Shown: positions 1 to 14,212, counted from the whole stretch's first letter. The stretch: 63,369 nucleotides of DNA, filler included, from Octopus bimaculoides (GCF_001194135.2; 4 parts of 4 records of this genome joined end to end with filler, not necessarily neighbours in it), one strand, 5' to 3'. Notes: a model not told the origin generated them from the sequence alone. Made by a program: numbers and translations.

Positions 1-70
1 CAACCACATGGTTCCGAGGTTAGTCTCACTGCGTGGCGCCTTGCGCAAGTGTCTTCTACTATAGCATCGG
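1..70 (+). mobile_element. tRNA-derived SINE family B (CORE-like), partial copy cut by window start
   Basis: caaccacatggttccgaggttagtctcactgcgtggcgccttgcgcaagtgtcttctactatagc matches the fuller copy at 48265-48415. Confidence 0.8.
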
Positions 71-775
71 ACAAAATATCTCGCAGCAATTTGTTCCACC
101 GCTGTACATTCTGTGTTCAAATGCTGCCGAGGTCAACTTTGTTTATCATCATACTGCGGTCGATGTAATCTTGTTTTAGAAATTGCTGTTTCGAGTAATG
201 TAGAATCTTTCCACTCATTTTTCGCAATCTTTCGAAACAACGAAACGAAACCTACGTCACCTCCGGTGCATCTTTTGCGCTATTTCTAAAATCATCTTTA
301 ATAACAGAACAATACTATTCAATGTCATTGAATGTTACATAGTTTAATAATATAGAATATGAAAGTAATAAATGTATAATCCATTATAATGTTTGGAAAA
401 TTTACCATCTGTTCCTGATCAGATTGTCGGTAGTGTTGTTTGTGTTGCTACCGGTTATGTTGTGTAGCCGCAGGTTAGCAGTAATTGACAAGGCATAAAT
501 CTCGAAATTAATCAGTCGGATGACTAACTGTAATTCAAGGATCTATTGTTCTGTTTACACCTCTCTCCCTGCTTCTAGCCGTGAGCTATGCATCACATTC
601 TGACATGCAGTGGTTAATCATATGTGGTGCAGTCTTACATTTTTGACACGTTGCACATTTGCTTCTGTCCAGTGAGTCTACTTTAGTCGGTTATTGTTGT
701 CATTGAGCTGCAAGGCACTATTTCTCCAGTAGATCTATGTTCAAATATATTCCAGCCTTGACCACCTCTGTTGTT

Positions 776-776
<1 letters not shown>

Positions 777-827
<51 letters not shown>

Positions 828-866
828 CATTCTCGTCATCGTCATCGTCATCATCATCATCATTAT
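777..866. repeat. (ATT)n/(ATC)n compound microsatellite
   Basis: Direct reading of the sequence. Confidence 0.95.
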
Positions 867-1247
867 CACACACACTCCGCACAACTAGATATCAAATATA
901 TTCTTAATAATACGGAAGCCTGTGAATTGACTGGGAATTTATTTTCCTTTTAAACAGACAGATCTAGAAGTACAGAACTTCGTATATTTATATTTACAAT
1001 CCATTTTAATTCTAATGCAATTTCAATAACACTCCCCCCCATTCCCTCTTCTATAAGAAGAGGGAATAATGGAAACTGAACTCTTATGTCCACTAAAAGT
1101 ACAAACCAATGCCTTTACATGCACGTGACTGGCCGTGTAGATATTAAGTATCTGTAGCTAATTCCCTTCTCGTTTCAGCTTGTAAATATCTAATATTGAA
1201 AAAGTACTAAACATGGGAATTCTACGTGTAAAACAAAACATTATGTC

Positions 1248-1470
1248 ACCACTTAGCATTCAAACCGGCTATATCTGGCCAAAATATTCTACTTGTTTTA
1301 TGTTCTAACACGCAAGATCTGATTTCTCATGCCTATCCTACAATGTAATTTTTATAATACCCACTCACTTCACTGAAATCTTGAAGCTACAAGATAATGC
1401 ATGGTTAATTTAAAACAATGTGAATAAATAAGCATCATATTTAAGAGTAATCTGAATGGCAAAGGATTAA
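1248..1470. mobile_element. Degenerate MITE with TTAA-type end (piggyBac/Kolobok-like non-autonomous element)
   Basis: Imperfect terminal inverted repeats acc-acttagcattca ... tgaatggcaaaggattaa; the right end finishes in TTAA. Recalled as a common octopus repeat. Confidence 0.45.
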
Positions 1471-2384
1471 AAACAATTAAGCAATAAACTAGTAATGTAC
1501 GCTAATAAAAATAAACAATACGAAAGAAAATTCACCCACCTTCGCTTCCAACAAAGGTAAATACACAGCTTCCTAAACTACCAAAACAATGTAGATGTGG
1601 AAAGGATTACAAGGAAGCGGAGAGGTGTGTTCTATTAAATGTCAATAGATACGATACGTTCAGAAATCATATGTAAGGTACATAACTTCATTTGACGGGC
1701 TGGTGTGGATTGATGGACTACCACCCGTAATTGAACACAAAGAGTTGATAATTTAAAAAAAATATATGTGCAATATATAAAAATGATGGAGATGTGAACT
1801 TATTAAATTATAAAAAAAAAAGAGAAAAAAGGAAAAAGAGGAAAAACCGTCCAAAATAATGTCTAAATGTAACCACTCGACTTTGGGGATCGAGTGGGCA
1901 TTGCACCTCATTTTATCATTTTCATATTTTAATTCGTTCTTTTTATTTTTTCTTCCTTACTCGATTTCTTTCCGTATTTTTCATTTCTCCGTTTATGTGT
2001 TTTGTATTGATTTGGTAATGTTCAACCTCCATTTTTAGCCCCTTGTGAGTAATAAAAAATTAAGGACGTTGATGTTGCCTTGGCAGAAGTTTGTGCTCTC
2101 TGAATGTTCCTGTTTTTATATTTTTATAAGTTGTGTATGGAGACGGCATTATCCAGTGAATCATTTATTAAGATGTCAGAGTAGAATTTGAGAGAAATAC
2201 AGCTGCTAATTTCAGCAAACTAAGCAAATAAATAAAGGCTCTCTGTATTTTTACTCGGGAATTGCTGTAGTAGAGTGATATAATACTTGGAGCATCAGTC
2301 GCATACTGTGGTCGATGTAATCGACTTTTCCCGTGCCCCAAAATTGCTGGCCTTGTGCCAAAAATTAAAACCAATATTCCTAAA

Positions 2385-2596
2385 GCAGCGAGCTGGCAGA
2401 GCCATTAGTACACCGAGCAACATGCTTATCGTTATTTCGTCCGATTTTACGTTTTGAGTTCAAATCTCACTGAGGACGACTTTCATCGTTTTTTTTTTCA
2501 GCCTCGATAACGTTAGAACTTGTTCAAAACTGATGTTGTTGTAATCGCCTTATCCCCGCCCACAAACTTGCTAGCCTTGTGCCAAAATTTGCAAGT
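2385..2596 (+). mobile_element. SINE family A (tail type 1)
   Basis: Head gcgagctggcaga..., B-box-like gagttcaaat, body gtcgactttgcctttcatcc-like, tail aaacttgctagccttgtgccaaaattt. A partial copy lies just upstream (2270-2375). Confidence 0.8.
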
Positions 2597-2660
2597 ATTG
2601 TTTTTCTTAATATTCCTATGTGGTCTCAAGGTCAGACACAAATCCACTATTTCAATATTT

Positions 2661-2876
2661 GAGGCGATGAGCTGGCAAACTCGTTAGCACTCCGGGCAAA
2701 ATGCTAAGCAGTAATCCATCCGTCATTACGTTCTGAGTTCGAATTCCACCGAGGTCGACATTCATCCTTTTGGGGTCGATAAATTAAGTACCAGTCATGC
2801 ACTAGAGACGATGTAATCGACTATCCCCCTCCCACCAAATTTCAGGCCTGTTAACTAGAGTAGAAAGGATTATTTC
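2661..2876 (+). mobile_element. SINE family A (tail type 1b)
   Basis: gaggcgatgagctggc...gagttcgaattccaccgaggtcgac...aaatttcaggcctg...gtagaaaggattatt. Confidence 0.85.
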
Positions 2877-4869
2877 AATATTTGCACAATAACACTTTGA
2901 TTTGTACCTCTTTTGAGAGTTTAATCCTTTTGTCTGACACAGCATATTGGTGGAATCATTGTTACTGCCAGTGTTACTGCACGTGTAGTTTCAAAACAGA
3001 TGTGTAATAGAGTGCAGTATACAATAATAACAAAACTGTATAATGCAATGTAGGGCCTTGCGTGGTTACCAGAAAGTTCTTTTTCAAAAGATTGCCAGCT
3101 TCAGCACGAAATGATGCAGCTTGTTTCAAATTTCTATTAGTATTCTATCCCCATGTTGGTTATTTCAATCCTTCCATTCATACAGAAACCTTGCTTTTGC
3201 TCTTATTGGACCGTGAGTGTTGGAAGAAGATAATAATAATAAAAAAAATAATAATGTTTGTAATATCATTACTATGACTACAGTCATGATTTATATATTT
3301 TTTTTGTTGCTCCTGCTGTTTATATTTATTATTTGTTTGTTTTAGAATTTTGTTTATCGTTGTTTATTCCTTCTCTTTTCTTATTGCCCTTTTTCTTTCT
3401 GATGGTGATGATAGCTTGCTATCCATTCCGTTGACGCTAGAAATGCTATTTCAATTCCAATGTTCCTTTGTTGTTGTTATTGTTGTTGTTACTACCGCTT
3501 TTGTTGTTATTGTTGTTTCTGTTGATAATATTGACGCTGCTAATTCCCAATATTCCATATTGTGTCCTGATACTTTTTCCAGAGTAGGTATTTCCGGTTT
3601 GTGTCGTGTATGTGCGTGCGAACCCGACCGATTGAGTAAATATAAATGTGCGAATGTATTTGTATATGTATTATTACGTATGCCAATATCTGTAAAAGTG
3701 ACAAATCGCGCACCTATTTCTTTACTTCTTTTCTATAGATGTTTGGATATTTCATTTAGTTGTACTGCAGCTTCTACTACTGCTGGGCTACCGTGTTAAT
3801 TGCTACAACTGTGTCGTCGTTATCGTTGCTATTTTAGTAAGATCGTATTACTGTGGTAAATGTTGCAGTTAATGTCCATTCAACTGGTTGCAATTATGTC
3901 TCCTGAGCTCTTCTTGTGTTTCAGACGAATGATATAGTTGTTGATGTTGATACCATCGTTGTCGTTAATGCTACAACATCCACATAGAGTTTTTTTTCTT
4001 TTTTTCATATTTCATTTCCTGCTGTGTCTAGAGAGAGTAATTTTGCCAATATTATTAACACACGTACTGGTTAAATTTCAATCCTTTATCCTAAGTCAGT
4101 TGGTTAAATATCTAACTAACTAAACTTGTTTAATTTGGTTCAGCAGCAAGTCGTTTGCTTTGTTTTTGTTTGTCAAAGGTCTTGATTTTTGTTCCCCTCT
4201 TCTTTAAATTATTCCTACTGGCTCGAAGGTAGGCTGCGAATCGCCGGTTCTCTCCCTACTGGACAGTGGCTACCACAGCTCCAGCCCCGTTGTGAAATTG
4301 GATCCTAGTAGCTTATCAATTGGAGTACTCGCACTTCATATCTATTAGTTTAGGTTACCAGTGACCTAAACACTTCTGCATGCATACATATATGTACATA
4401 AATACACACACACACACACACACACACGTGTGTGTGTGTGTGTGTGTGTGTGCGTGTGTGTGCGTTTGTGTGTGTGTATGCGTGTTCGTAGGTGTGCATG
4501 TGCGTGTTAAATATTTAAAACACAAAGCAATTCAAAACTTGTCATTGTTTTTATTTCTGAGGTAACTAATTGTTAACATATCTCATACGTTGATCATTGG
4601 CAAAAATAATAGAGATAAACAAGGGAAAACGGGAGACATTCACAGGCATAATTCAGTCACACTTCTTATCTTATAATCAGTAAAAGAAACTACGCTTTGC
4701 TGTATATTTAAAGTTGTGATGAAGGAATCGCAAACTAATGGAAAAGAAGTGAGGCTTTTGTTGACATATTTACAGTATTTAGAATTGATTGAAAATTAAA
4801 TAATTCAGAAAACTTCATTTCCATTATGTATTAGATGTGTTCCTCCAATAATTAATTCCTCCTATAACT

Positions 4870-4871
<2 letters not shown>

Positions 4872-4905
<34 letters not shown>

Positions 4906-4975
4906 TATCAGCATCATCATCATCATTATCATCATCATCATCATCATCATCATCACCATTATCATCATCATCATT
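4872..4975. repeat. (ATC)n microsatellite
   Basis: Direct reading of the sequence. Confidence 0.95.
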
Positions 4976-4976
4976 A

Positions 4977-5632
4977 AGCGGATAGTTGGTAGAGTCCTTA
5001 TCATGCTTAGCAGCATATCTTTCAGGTTTTATGTTCTGGGTTCAAATTCCACCGAGGTTTACTTTGCCTTTCATCCCTTCCGGGGTACATAAAATACGTA
5101 CCAATAGAGTAATGAGGTCGTTATAAACGACTAGTCTCTTCCCCAAAATCTTCAAGCTTTGTGACCGTAGTAAAAGTGTGGTGAGTTAACAGAATCGTTA
5201 GCACGCCAGACAAAATGCTTGATGACATTTCGTTCATTTTTTATGTTCTGAGTTCAAATTCCACCGTGGTCGACTTTGCCTTTCATCTTTTCAGTATCGA
5301 TAAAAAAAAATGTCCAGTTGAACACGATAGTTGAATTTTACCGATCCCCCACATACACACACCTCACCCCACACGAAATTACTGGCCTTGTGCTAAAATT
5401 TGAAACCACTGTTATTATTACCTCACTCTGGCAGAATTATTACCGCTTTGCACAGAATGCTTATTAGCATATCATCCGTCTTTATGGTCTGAGTTGAGAT
5501 TCCGGCGAGTTCTTTTGTTGTCCGCCTTTCATTCTTTTGGTATCGAGAAAATAAATACCAGGGCTCAATGGAATCGACTTACATCTTCCACTAAAATGAA
5601 CACCCTTCTGCCAATATTTGAAACCATTATTA
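4977..5632 (+). mobile_element. Three head-to-tail SINE family A copies (about 4977-5172, 5178-5410, 5420-5632)
   Basis: The motif gttcaaattcc(a/g)ccg(a/t)ggt..actttgcctttcatc appears twice intact and once degenerate, each with the same downstream body and type 1 tail. Confidence 0.8.
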
Positions 5633-5816
5633 TTTTTCTATGTTTTTTCAACTACGGCTTTGTTGGAACTCTTGCATGCGTAGAGGGCTTGCTACTTGCA
5701 GCCCACGTTACCGTGCCGTCTGTTCTTTTCAACTATCTAGTACTCTCCTCATGAGAGTGCTAAGGAAGCAAACCGCATTTTGTAACAGTTGTACTGGGTG
5801 CGCTATTCCGATCATT

Positions 5817-6960
<1,144 letters not shown>

Positions 6961-7050
6961 GTTTTAGATTCTTCCACTATTTCATGCTTAATGTCAAGTT
7001 CCTTGCGAATTTGCTAGTTTCCCCAAGAATAGAATGTGATTATTTCTGCA

Positions 7051-7052
<2 letters not shown>

Positions 7053-7123
<71 letters not shown>

Positions 7124-7990
7124 TAGTTTTATTTTTATAGCGTGCTTTCACTTCACTGCTGAGCGCAGCTCTGTGTGCCTTGGGTATGTGCTGCGGTTTG
7201 TTGTGATGCTTTTATGGTTACTGTATTGAAAGTGTTTTGCGTAGGATGTGTGCAGTGCCCAGTCGTGCAATTTTCTGTATGCTATATTTATTTGTAAGTC
7301 CTGGTGTTTTTGTTATATATTTGCCTGAATATCTTTTTTTATCATACCTAATGCGCCTACTATGATAGGAATTGTTTCCGGTTTTCGATTCAACATTCGA
7401 GTTACCTCTATTTCCAGGTGTTTGTATTTTGAAAGTTTCTCCATTTCTTTTAGGGAAACGTTGTCATCTGCTGGTATTGATACATCAATTAGAAAACATT
7501 TTTTTTCATGATCTCTGACAATTATATCTGGCCTATTGGCCTTAATTTCTCTATCTCTATGCATTGGCATATCCCAGAGTATGGTTACTTTCTCGTTTTC
7601 TGTGACCTTTTCTGGCGTGTGTTTATACCATTTTTTTCTGTTGTTATTCCATAGTGTTGGCATAGCTTCCAGTGTATGTAGGTCCCAACTCTGTCATGTC
7701 TGTGAATATATTCCTTCTTAGCCAGGACTCGGCAGCCAGAGATAATATGATTTATTGTTTCTTGTCCATCTCCACATATTCAGCAGTTACTAGTTATGTT
7801 TCTTTTCATTATATGTTTTTGATATTTTCTGGTGGGGAGGCTTTGGTCTTGTGCTGCAATTAAAAATCCTTCAGTCTCTGCTTTGAGTCCTGAGCTTCTC
7901 AACCATTGCTGGGATTTTTCTCTATCTATTTCTTTTGCATTTAGTTTAGCCCAGTATTTGCCATGAACGGGTTTTTCTTGCCTTCTTCTT
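7053..7990 (-). mobile_element. R4/Dong-like RLE non-LTR retrotransposon, 5'-truncated copy, family 1
   Basis: QEKPVHGKYW...QWLRSSGLKAETEGFLIAAQDQSLPTRKYQKHI..C*ICGDGQETINHIISGC..LAKKEYIHRHD..., restriction-like endonuclease motif ANRPDIIV..CFLIDVSIP, C-terminus GTAHILRKTLSIQ* (stop 7218-7220), 3' UTR and (AAT)n tail. Contains stops and frameshifts. Confidence 0.92.
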
Positions 7991-7999
7991 ATTATTATC

Positions 8000-8076
<77 letters not shown>

Positions 8077-8102
8077 CATCATTATTATTATTATTATTAT
8101 TA

Positions 8103-8137
<35 letters not shown>

Positions 8138-8171
8138 ATTATTATTATTATAGTTGTTGTTGTTGTTATTA
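7991..8171. repeat. (ATT)n microsatellite flanking the 5' end of the Dong-like copy
   Basis: Direct reading of the sequence. Confidence 0.95.
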
Positions 8172-8995
8172 TTAGATGAGACTAATGGCTGATATTCTTA
8201 TTTCACAATCAGCACTCTGTGGCCGAATAAAAGAAAGTACTACTCCAGCTCCGGAATCAATAATATCGGTTATACATTCCGCCAAACTGGACAACTTTGA
8301 CTCAAGGTCAAAATCCCACATATTTCTTGGATTATTAGATATTTTGCTGTTGTTCATAACAAATCTTGTTTACACCCTGGTGATCTCGACCGCACAATTC
8401 CATGATCAAAACCGTTCCATTCATGACCGTAGAGGTATGTATATTCGCCTGTTTTCTCCTGCGACACACCGTTTATATCCGAGGCAAGTTTCCTTTCCTT
8501 GTGCAAGACAATATTGTGTGATCTGAGAGGGATTTGAGCGTTATCTGTAACAGATGAAGCGACCACATGAAGTATCGGCGACGGCGCTGATGCCTGTGTT
8601 GATGTTGGTATGATTGGTTTTAATATAGTTGTTCTCAGCGATGGAAATGGTACTGGTGAAGGTGGTTTGGCAGCGTATGTCCTAATTTGTTTCCTAATAC
8701 TTAAATGGATACTACATTATTAATTGCTGTCAAAAGAATCTAAAACAATAATGTAATTCCTGCTAGGCAAAAACAAATGAAGTCATTATTCACAATATTT
8801 TTTCCTTCGGATTCTCTCGATATTATAAACGCTGGCGTTCATGAAACACAAACTGTAAGTTATATAACGGTATGAACGGTTTCTCAATACATATATGTGT
8901 ATGTATATATGCGTCTAGGTGTGTGTATACATATAAACTCACACACAGAAACACACACACACACACTCATATGCATGTATCTATGTTTGTATGTG

Positions 8996-9030
<35 letters not shown>

Positions 9031-9188
9031 ATATACATATATAAAGATATATTAAAACATGTATAAATATATATATATATATATATATGCGCTTGTATGT
9101 GTATCTATATGCGTGTGTAGTATATTTGCTTATTTACCTGTGTATGTATCTTTAGTTGCATATATGTGTGTGTTCACGTATGTATGCT

Positions 9189-9222
<34 letters not shown>

Positions 9223-9743
9223 CACATTTTTCGTGTATATATATTCATGAACATCCGTATTTCAATATGCGTATATGTATGTTTCTGTTTGCGTATATAT
9301 ATGTGCGTGACTGGAGTATGTGTGTGTGTATGTCTGTGTGTGTGTGTTTGTGCGTGTGTATCTGTTAGCCGTTAAGTGTAAACATACAATATTTTAAATA
9401 ATTAACTACGTAGTATACTTTGTTGTCATTATCGTCCAAAATTCTGACGTTCATTCGATGTCTTGCAGTGCTGACTTGCGTTCTCATTAGTGTGGCCAAA
9501 AGTGTTTTAACCTAGTCGTATTACTTTTCATATACAAATGGTGCAGTTAAAAACCAAGTTAAAAACCATCGTTTTCAACCCTGAGACAACACATTGGTGT
9601 ATTAACTAAGACCTGGCAGTCCCAAGGACCATTATTTGAGAATTGAAATTCTTAAATGTTTTATTTAACAGTTAGAATATATTATTCAATATGTCTGTAT
9701 TTACAGTTCCTCTGAGAATGAGGCAGAGGAAGAGAGAGAGAGT

Positions 9744-9900
9744 ATAATCTTTTCTACTCTAGGCACAAGGCCCGAAACTTTGGGGGAGGGTGCCAGTCGA
9801 TTAGTTCGACCCCAGTACGCAGAATATAATGTTGTTGGTCGAGATTTGGGCAAGTAAGTTTTGAAGGAATTGACGCTGGATGCCGGGGCAGCGTTGTGGG
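9744..9900 (-). mobile_element. SINE family A, degenerate 3' part
   Basis: ataatcttttctactctaggcacaaggcccgaaactttgggggagg..gtcgattagttcgaccccagt is the reverse complement of the type 1b tail. Confidence 0.7.
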
Positions 9901-9937
9901 GCATGAATGTGGTAAGAGAGAGATAAAGATGGAGGGA

Positions 9938-9959
<22 letters not shown>

Positions 9960-9981
<22 letters not shown>

Positions 9982-10730
9982 CAGATAGACAAACAAACAG
10001 TTCTGACTGACAGACAAGGATAGAGAGAGAGAAAACGAGAGATGTAGAGAGGGAGACATACAGAGAGAGACAAACAGACAAGGACACAGAGAGTGAAAGC
10101 GAGAGAGAGGGGGGACATAGAGACAGACAAACAGACTATCCGATAGAAAGAAAGAGAGAGAGGGGGAGAGAGGGAGGCATGCAAACAGAGTACAGACTGT
10201 CCGACAGACAGGCATGGACGCAGAGAGAGGAAGCACGCGCGAGAGAGAGAGGGTGACATATATACAGACAACAGACAGTCGGACAGATAGACAAATACAC
10301 GAGAGAGAAAGCGAGAGAGAGAGAAAGTGAGAGAGAGAGACGGAGATAGGCAAACAGGCAGACGACAGACAGACACACAAGGACAGAGAGAGATAGAAAG
10401 CGAGGGAGAGAGAGAGGGGGAGCCATACAGACAGTTCAACAGACAGACAAAGACACAGTAAGCGAGAGCGAGCGGGAGACATACAAACAGACAAACAGAC
10501 AGTGCGACAGACAGACAAGGACACAGAGAGAGAAAGCAAGAGAGAGAGAGGGGGGAAGAGGCTGACATACATACAGCCAACCAAACAGTCTAACAGAGAG
10601 TCCAACAGACACACAAAGACACAGAGAGAGCAAGCGAGAGAGTGTGGTGGGAGACACATAGACAGACAGACAAACAGACAGTCCGACAGATAGACAAGGA
10701 CTCAGAGAGAGAAAGTCAGAGAGGGAGAGG
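9960..10730. repeat. Degenerate purine-rich minisatellite (unit about 60-80 bp)
   Basis: About ten imperfect units of ggagacatacagacagacaaacagacagtccgacagacagacaaggacacagagagagaaagcgagagagagg. Confidence 0.85.
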
Positions 10731-11454
10731 TGGTAGGTCGGAATAAGTGTTGGATGTGAAGTAAATGAAAGAGGTAAGACGTTAAGCATTTGAAAATGAA
10801 CTTAGAATCGATGTTTCAAATATATCAGAACGAAACAGAGACATTGGTGAGGGAGATGCAAAGAAACCATAAGTTGTGAACAAGTTCAAAAAGGACAAAA
10901 AAAAAATCATTAAAGAATCCATTTTACAATTCTGAGAAAGCTTTATTGCAATAAAATTCTTCTGTATGTTTCTCTGTAGTATGTATCTTGCTGGCTGAGT
11001 GGATGGGCCGGCGTTCCCTCTCTTAAAATAACAACTATCTGTAATGCACGGGGTTCGAATAAATTGATTATATTGTTTTCAATAAATGTTTGACCTTGCA
11101 CGAACGTAAGGATTATTTAGTATAGTAACGACAGCAATAACGATTTCTTACATTATTAAATAATGATTTCAACAACAATAACAATATAGATTGATATATG
11201 TATATGTCGTTGTATGTTTATCTAAAATTCCAATATAAACAATATTGAATCCGGCTTAGATCTGAATCAGTTCAAAGAAATAGAAGCTTATATATAGCTG
11301 GCTATGCTAATGACCTTCTTTGACCTCTTCATTTTCTAATGAACTACTTTGACCTCTTCTCAAAGGTTACATGGTGTATAGATGTATTTTATACCTTGTT
11401 TGTATCAAATACTTCACCATCTGGTTGTTAACCATAGCGATATTAGTTCAATCT

Positions 11455-11592
11455 TTCAAATTCCGCCGAGGTCGACTTTGCCTTTTATCCTTTCGGGTCG
11501 ATAAAATAAATACTAGTCGAGCACTGCGGTCGATGCCATCAACTTACCCCCTCTCTCAAAGTTGCTGGCCTTGTGCCCAAGTTTAAAACCAA
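11455..11592 (+). mobile_element. SINE family A, 5'-truncated
   Basis: ttcaaattccgccgaggtcgactttgccttttatcctttcgggtcgataaaataaatactag...gttgctggccttgtgcccaagtttaaaacc. Confidence 0.88.
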
Positions 11593-11892
11593 TATTAGTT
11601 CAATCTGCTTGGGCACATAATTATGTGAACATCACTACGATATCCATTACAGTGATACCCTAGTGATACCCTAGTGATACCCTAGTGATGTTCGCGTATA
11701 TATGACAATAATAAACATCAAAATCGTATAGTTGAATATGAAAGTTACAAAAGACGGGATATAGGTTGATAATAAGTTAAACTCGTGAAAAAATTGCCAC
11801 AAAAAGTATCAAATAAATACATTTACTATCATACAACAAAATTTACACCTGCGACTTGACAATAAGAATATATGCCCCCTGTCAATTATAGC

Positions 11893-12410
11893 CATGTCCG
11901 ATCCAATTCCCAGCGTCTGTGTCTTATTTCGTCACTGATCCTGTTGAAGTTCGTCGTCGTCTTAATTGTGTCATTTCGGACTCTTTGCAGCTATTTAATG
12001 TCGAACGTTCTTCTTAAGCATGTGAATTGGAAGCAGTCCATTGTTTTATCTTCTATTTTTGTCACTTTTCAGTTTTCACATCTGTACAGTAATGCAAGTC
12101 AGACCAATATTTTGAACAATTTCAGCTTCATTTTGCAGCCAATAGCCTTGCCTCTCCACACCTCTGTTAGACAGTAAAAATCCCCAGACAAGATCAAGAA
12201 AGTGACTGTACGGTGGCACTAAAGTGGTAGCCTGAGGGGAGAAAAGCAGCAGGACGCCCTAAAACCACATGGTGAAGGACTAATGACAAGGAAAGGGAGA
12301 CGAGAGTGTGGAGAAACTGGAATGAGACGAGAAGAGTGGCAGACTAGTTGAAGAGATCGTGTTGCGGCGTTATGTTCTTCATTGTACGGAGAGAACTAAC
12401 TAAATAACAA
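11893..12410. mobile_element. RTE-clade LINE 3' fragment with inverted 5' part (11893-12180 minus, 12181-12410 plus)
   Basis: Minus: EVWRGKAIGCKMKLKLFKILV*LALLYRCEN*KVTKIEDKTMDCFQFTCLRR..ISDEIRHRRW.NWIGH. Plus: PRQDQESDCTVALKW*PEGRKAAGRPKTTW*RT..KERE, the typical RTE C-terminus (G.R..GRPKTTW). Confidence 0.88.
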
Positions 12411-12849
12411 TCAATGATGGCCATTCTTTTTTCAAGTAACGTAAGGCATCGGTTGAGCTGTTATTTTTCTTAGCAATGATGAGATTATTTTAAAACATCT
12501 CAGTTCGTAGACGATTATATTGCTGTTCATGGTTTTGGACGCCAATGCATCTAAGCGTCTAACAAATATTTTAAATAGAGACACTACAGAAATCTGCCGA
12601 AAATACGTAGTCCAGAAAATCTAAATTACTCGAAAAGTTACTAGACTTTCAAGAAATATTTTTCTCTTGTTCTCCGTTTGAATTATTCTTGCAAGTAAAT
12701 ATATTGATTGATATTATTGTTGCTGTTGTTGTTGTTGTTGTCGTCATCATTTTCGACGTCGGCATCAACGTCGTTCTTGTCATCGTCCTCGTCAATTAGC
12801 TGCACGTCAACTTTAACTGATTAGAATTGTAATGAATGGCTTTATAGGT

Positions 12850-12851
12850 AC

Positions 12852-12883
<32 letters not shown>

Positions 12884-12940
12884 CATACATACATACATAC
12901 ATACATACATACATACATACATACAGACAGACAGACAGAC
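12850..12940. repeat. (AGAT)n(ACAT)n(AGAC)n compound tetranucleotide microsatellite
   Basis: Direct reading of the sequence. Confidence 0.95.
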
Positions 12941-13272
12941 ACACTCGCACATACAATCGTACATAGACAGATACACAGATACACTCACAGACAGATACAT
13001 ATAGATAGAAACATATATGCGTGTGGCAATATATGTGTGTGTGTTTATGTATATATATATATATATATATATNNNNNNNNNNNNNNNNNNNNNNNNNNNN
13101 NNNNNNNNNNNNNNNNNNNNNNNNNNNNNNNNNNNNNNNNNNNNNNNNNNNNNNNNNNNNNNNNNNNNNNNNNNNNNNNNNNNNNNNNNNNNNNNNNNNN
13201 NNNNNNNNNNNNNNNNNNNNNNNNNNNNNNNNNNNNNNNNNNNNNNNNNNNNNNNNNNNNNNNNNNNNNNNN

Positions 13273-13342
<70 letters not shown>

Positions 13343-14169
13343 TGTGTGTGTGTGAAATTAAAGAAGGAAAATGCACACACTTTACATAGTTCTAATATAT
13401 TTTTTAAGATATGTTATATTATGTTTGTCGGCCGGTTACGCTTTCGCTAATCATGACATTAAAATTGTTTTAATTAAGCATTTTCTTAAGAAAAAATTCT
13501 TGTCCATGTTGTGTGTGGAGTTTGTGAATAAATGATTCAATATGTAGATTCAATATGTAGGGAAATCTAAGGGGAGGCAATTGGCGAGCGTTATTATTGT
13601 GGACAGGGGAGATAATTGATCATCTTTAAGCGGGGATGGGGGAAATATACACAAAAATTCAAAAGCCAGAGTAGTGGAGTAAAAACAATTCAAAAGCTAG
13701 TGTAGAGTAAAAGCGTGAGTGCGTGCGTCTGCGTGTGTTTGCGTGTGTGTGCTTGCTACAAGAACTGTAGCGTGATTGAAAGTAAACGTTTCATCGTTAG
13801 GGACCAGGGTAAACTCTCTGATGTGGCAACTGGAAGCAACCATCTTTTCACACTCTCCGATTCTTTTTCAATATATGCAATAATATCGTCAAAATTGTTT
13901 CCGACAACAGAGGGAAAATGTGGTCAATCTTTTCTGATCAGTATTCAATCAACCAAGAATTATGTGCGGGAAATCATTTTAATTATTATTATTACATTTT
14001 GTTGTGACTTTTTCTTTTCGCATATATATATATATATTTTTTTTGTCTGCGTAAAAAAATATCAACATAGATTTACATCTGTTTAAATTTCACTGTGAAG
14101 AATTTAAAAACAGCAATAACCGACTTAATGTACACATACACATATATGGATATATATATACGTACATAC

Positions 14170-14212
<43 letters not shown>

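Noticed and set aside
9701-10789. 259-aa and 301-aa L/S/C/V-rich minus-strand ORFs
   Set aside because: Translations of the stop-poor pyrimidine strand of a minisatellite.
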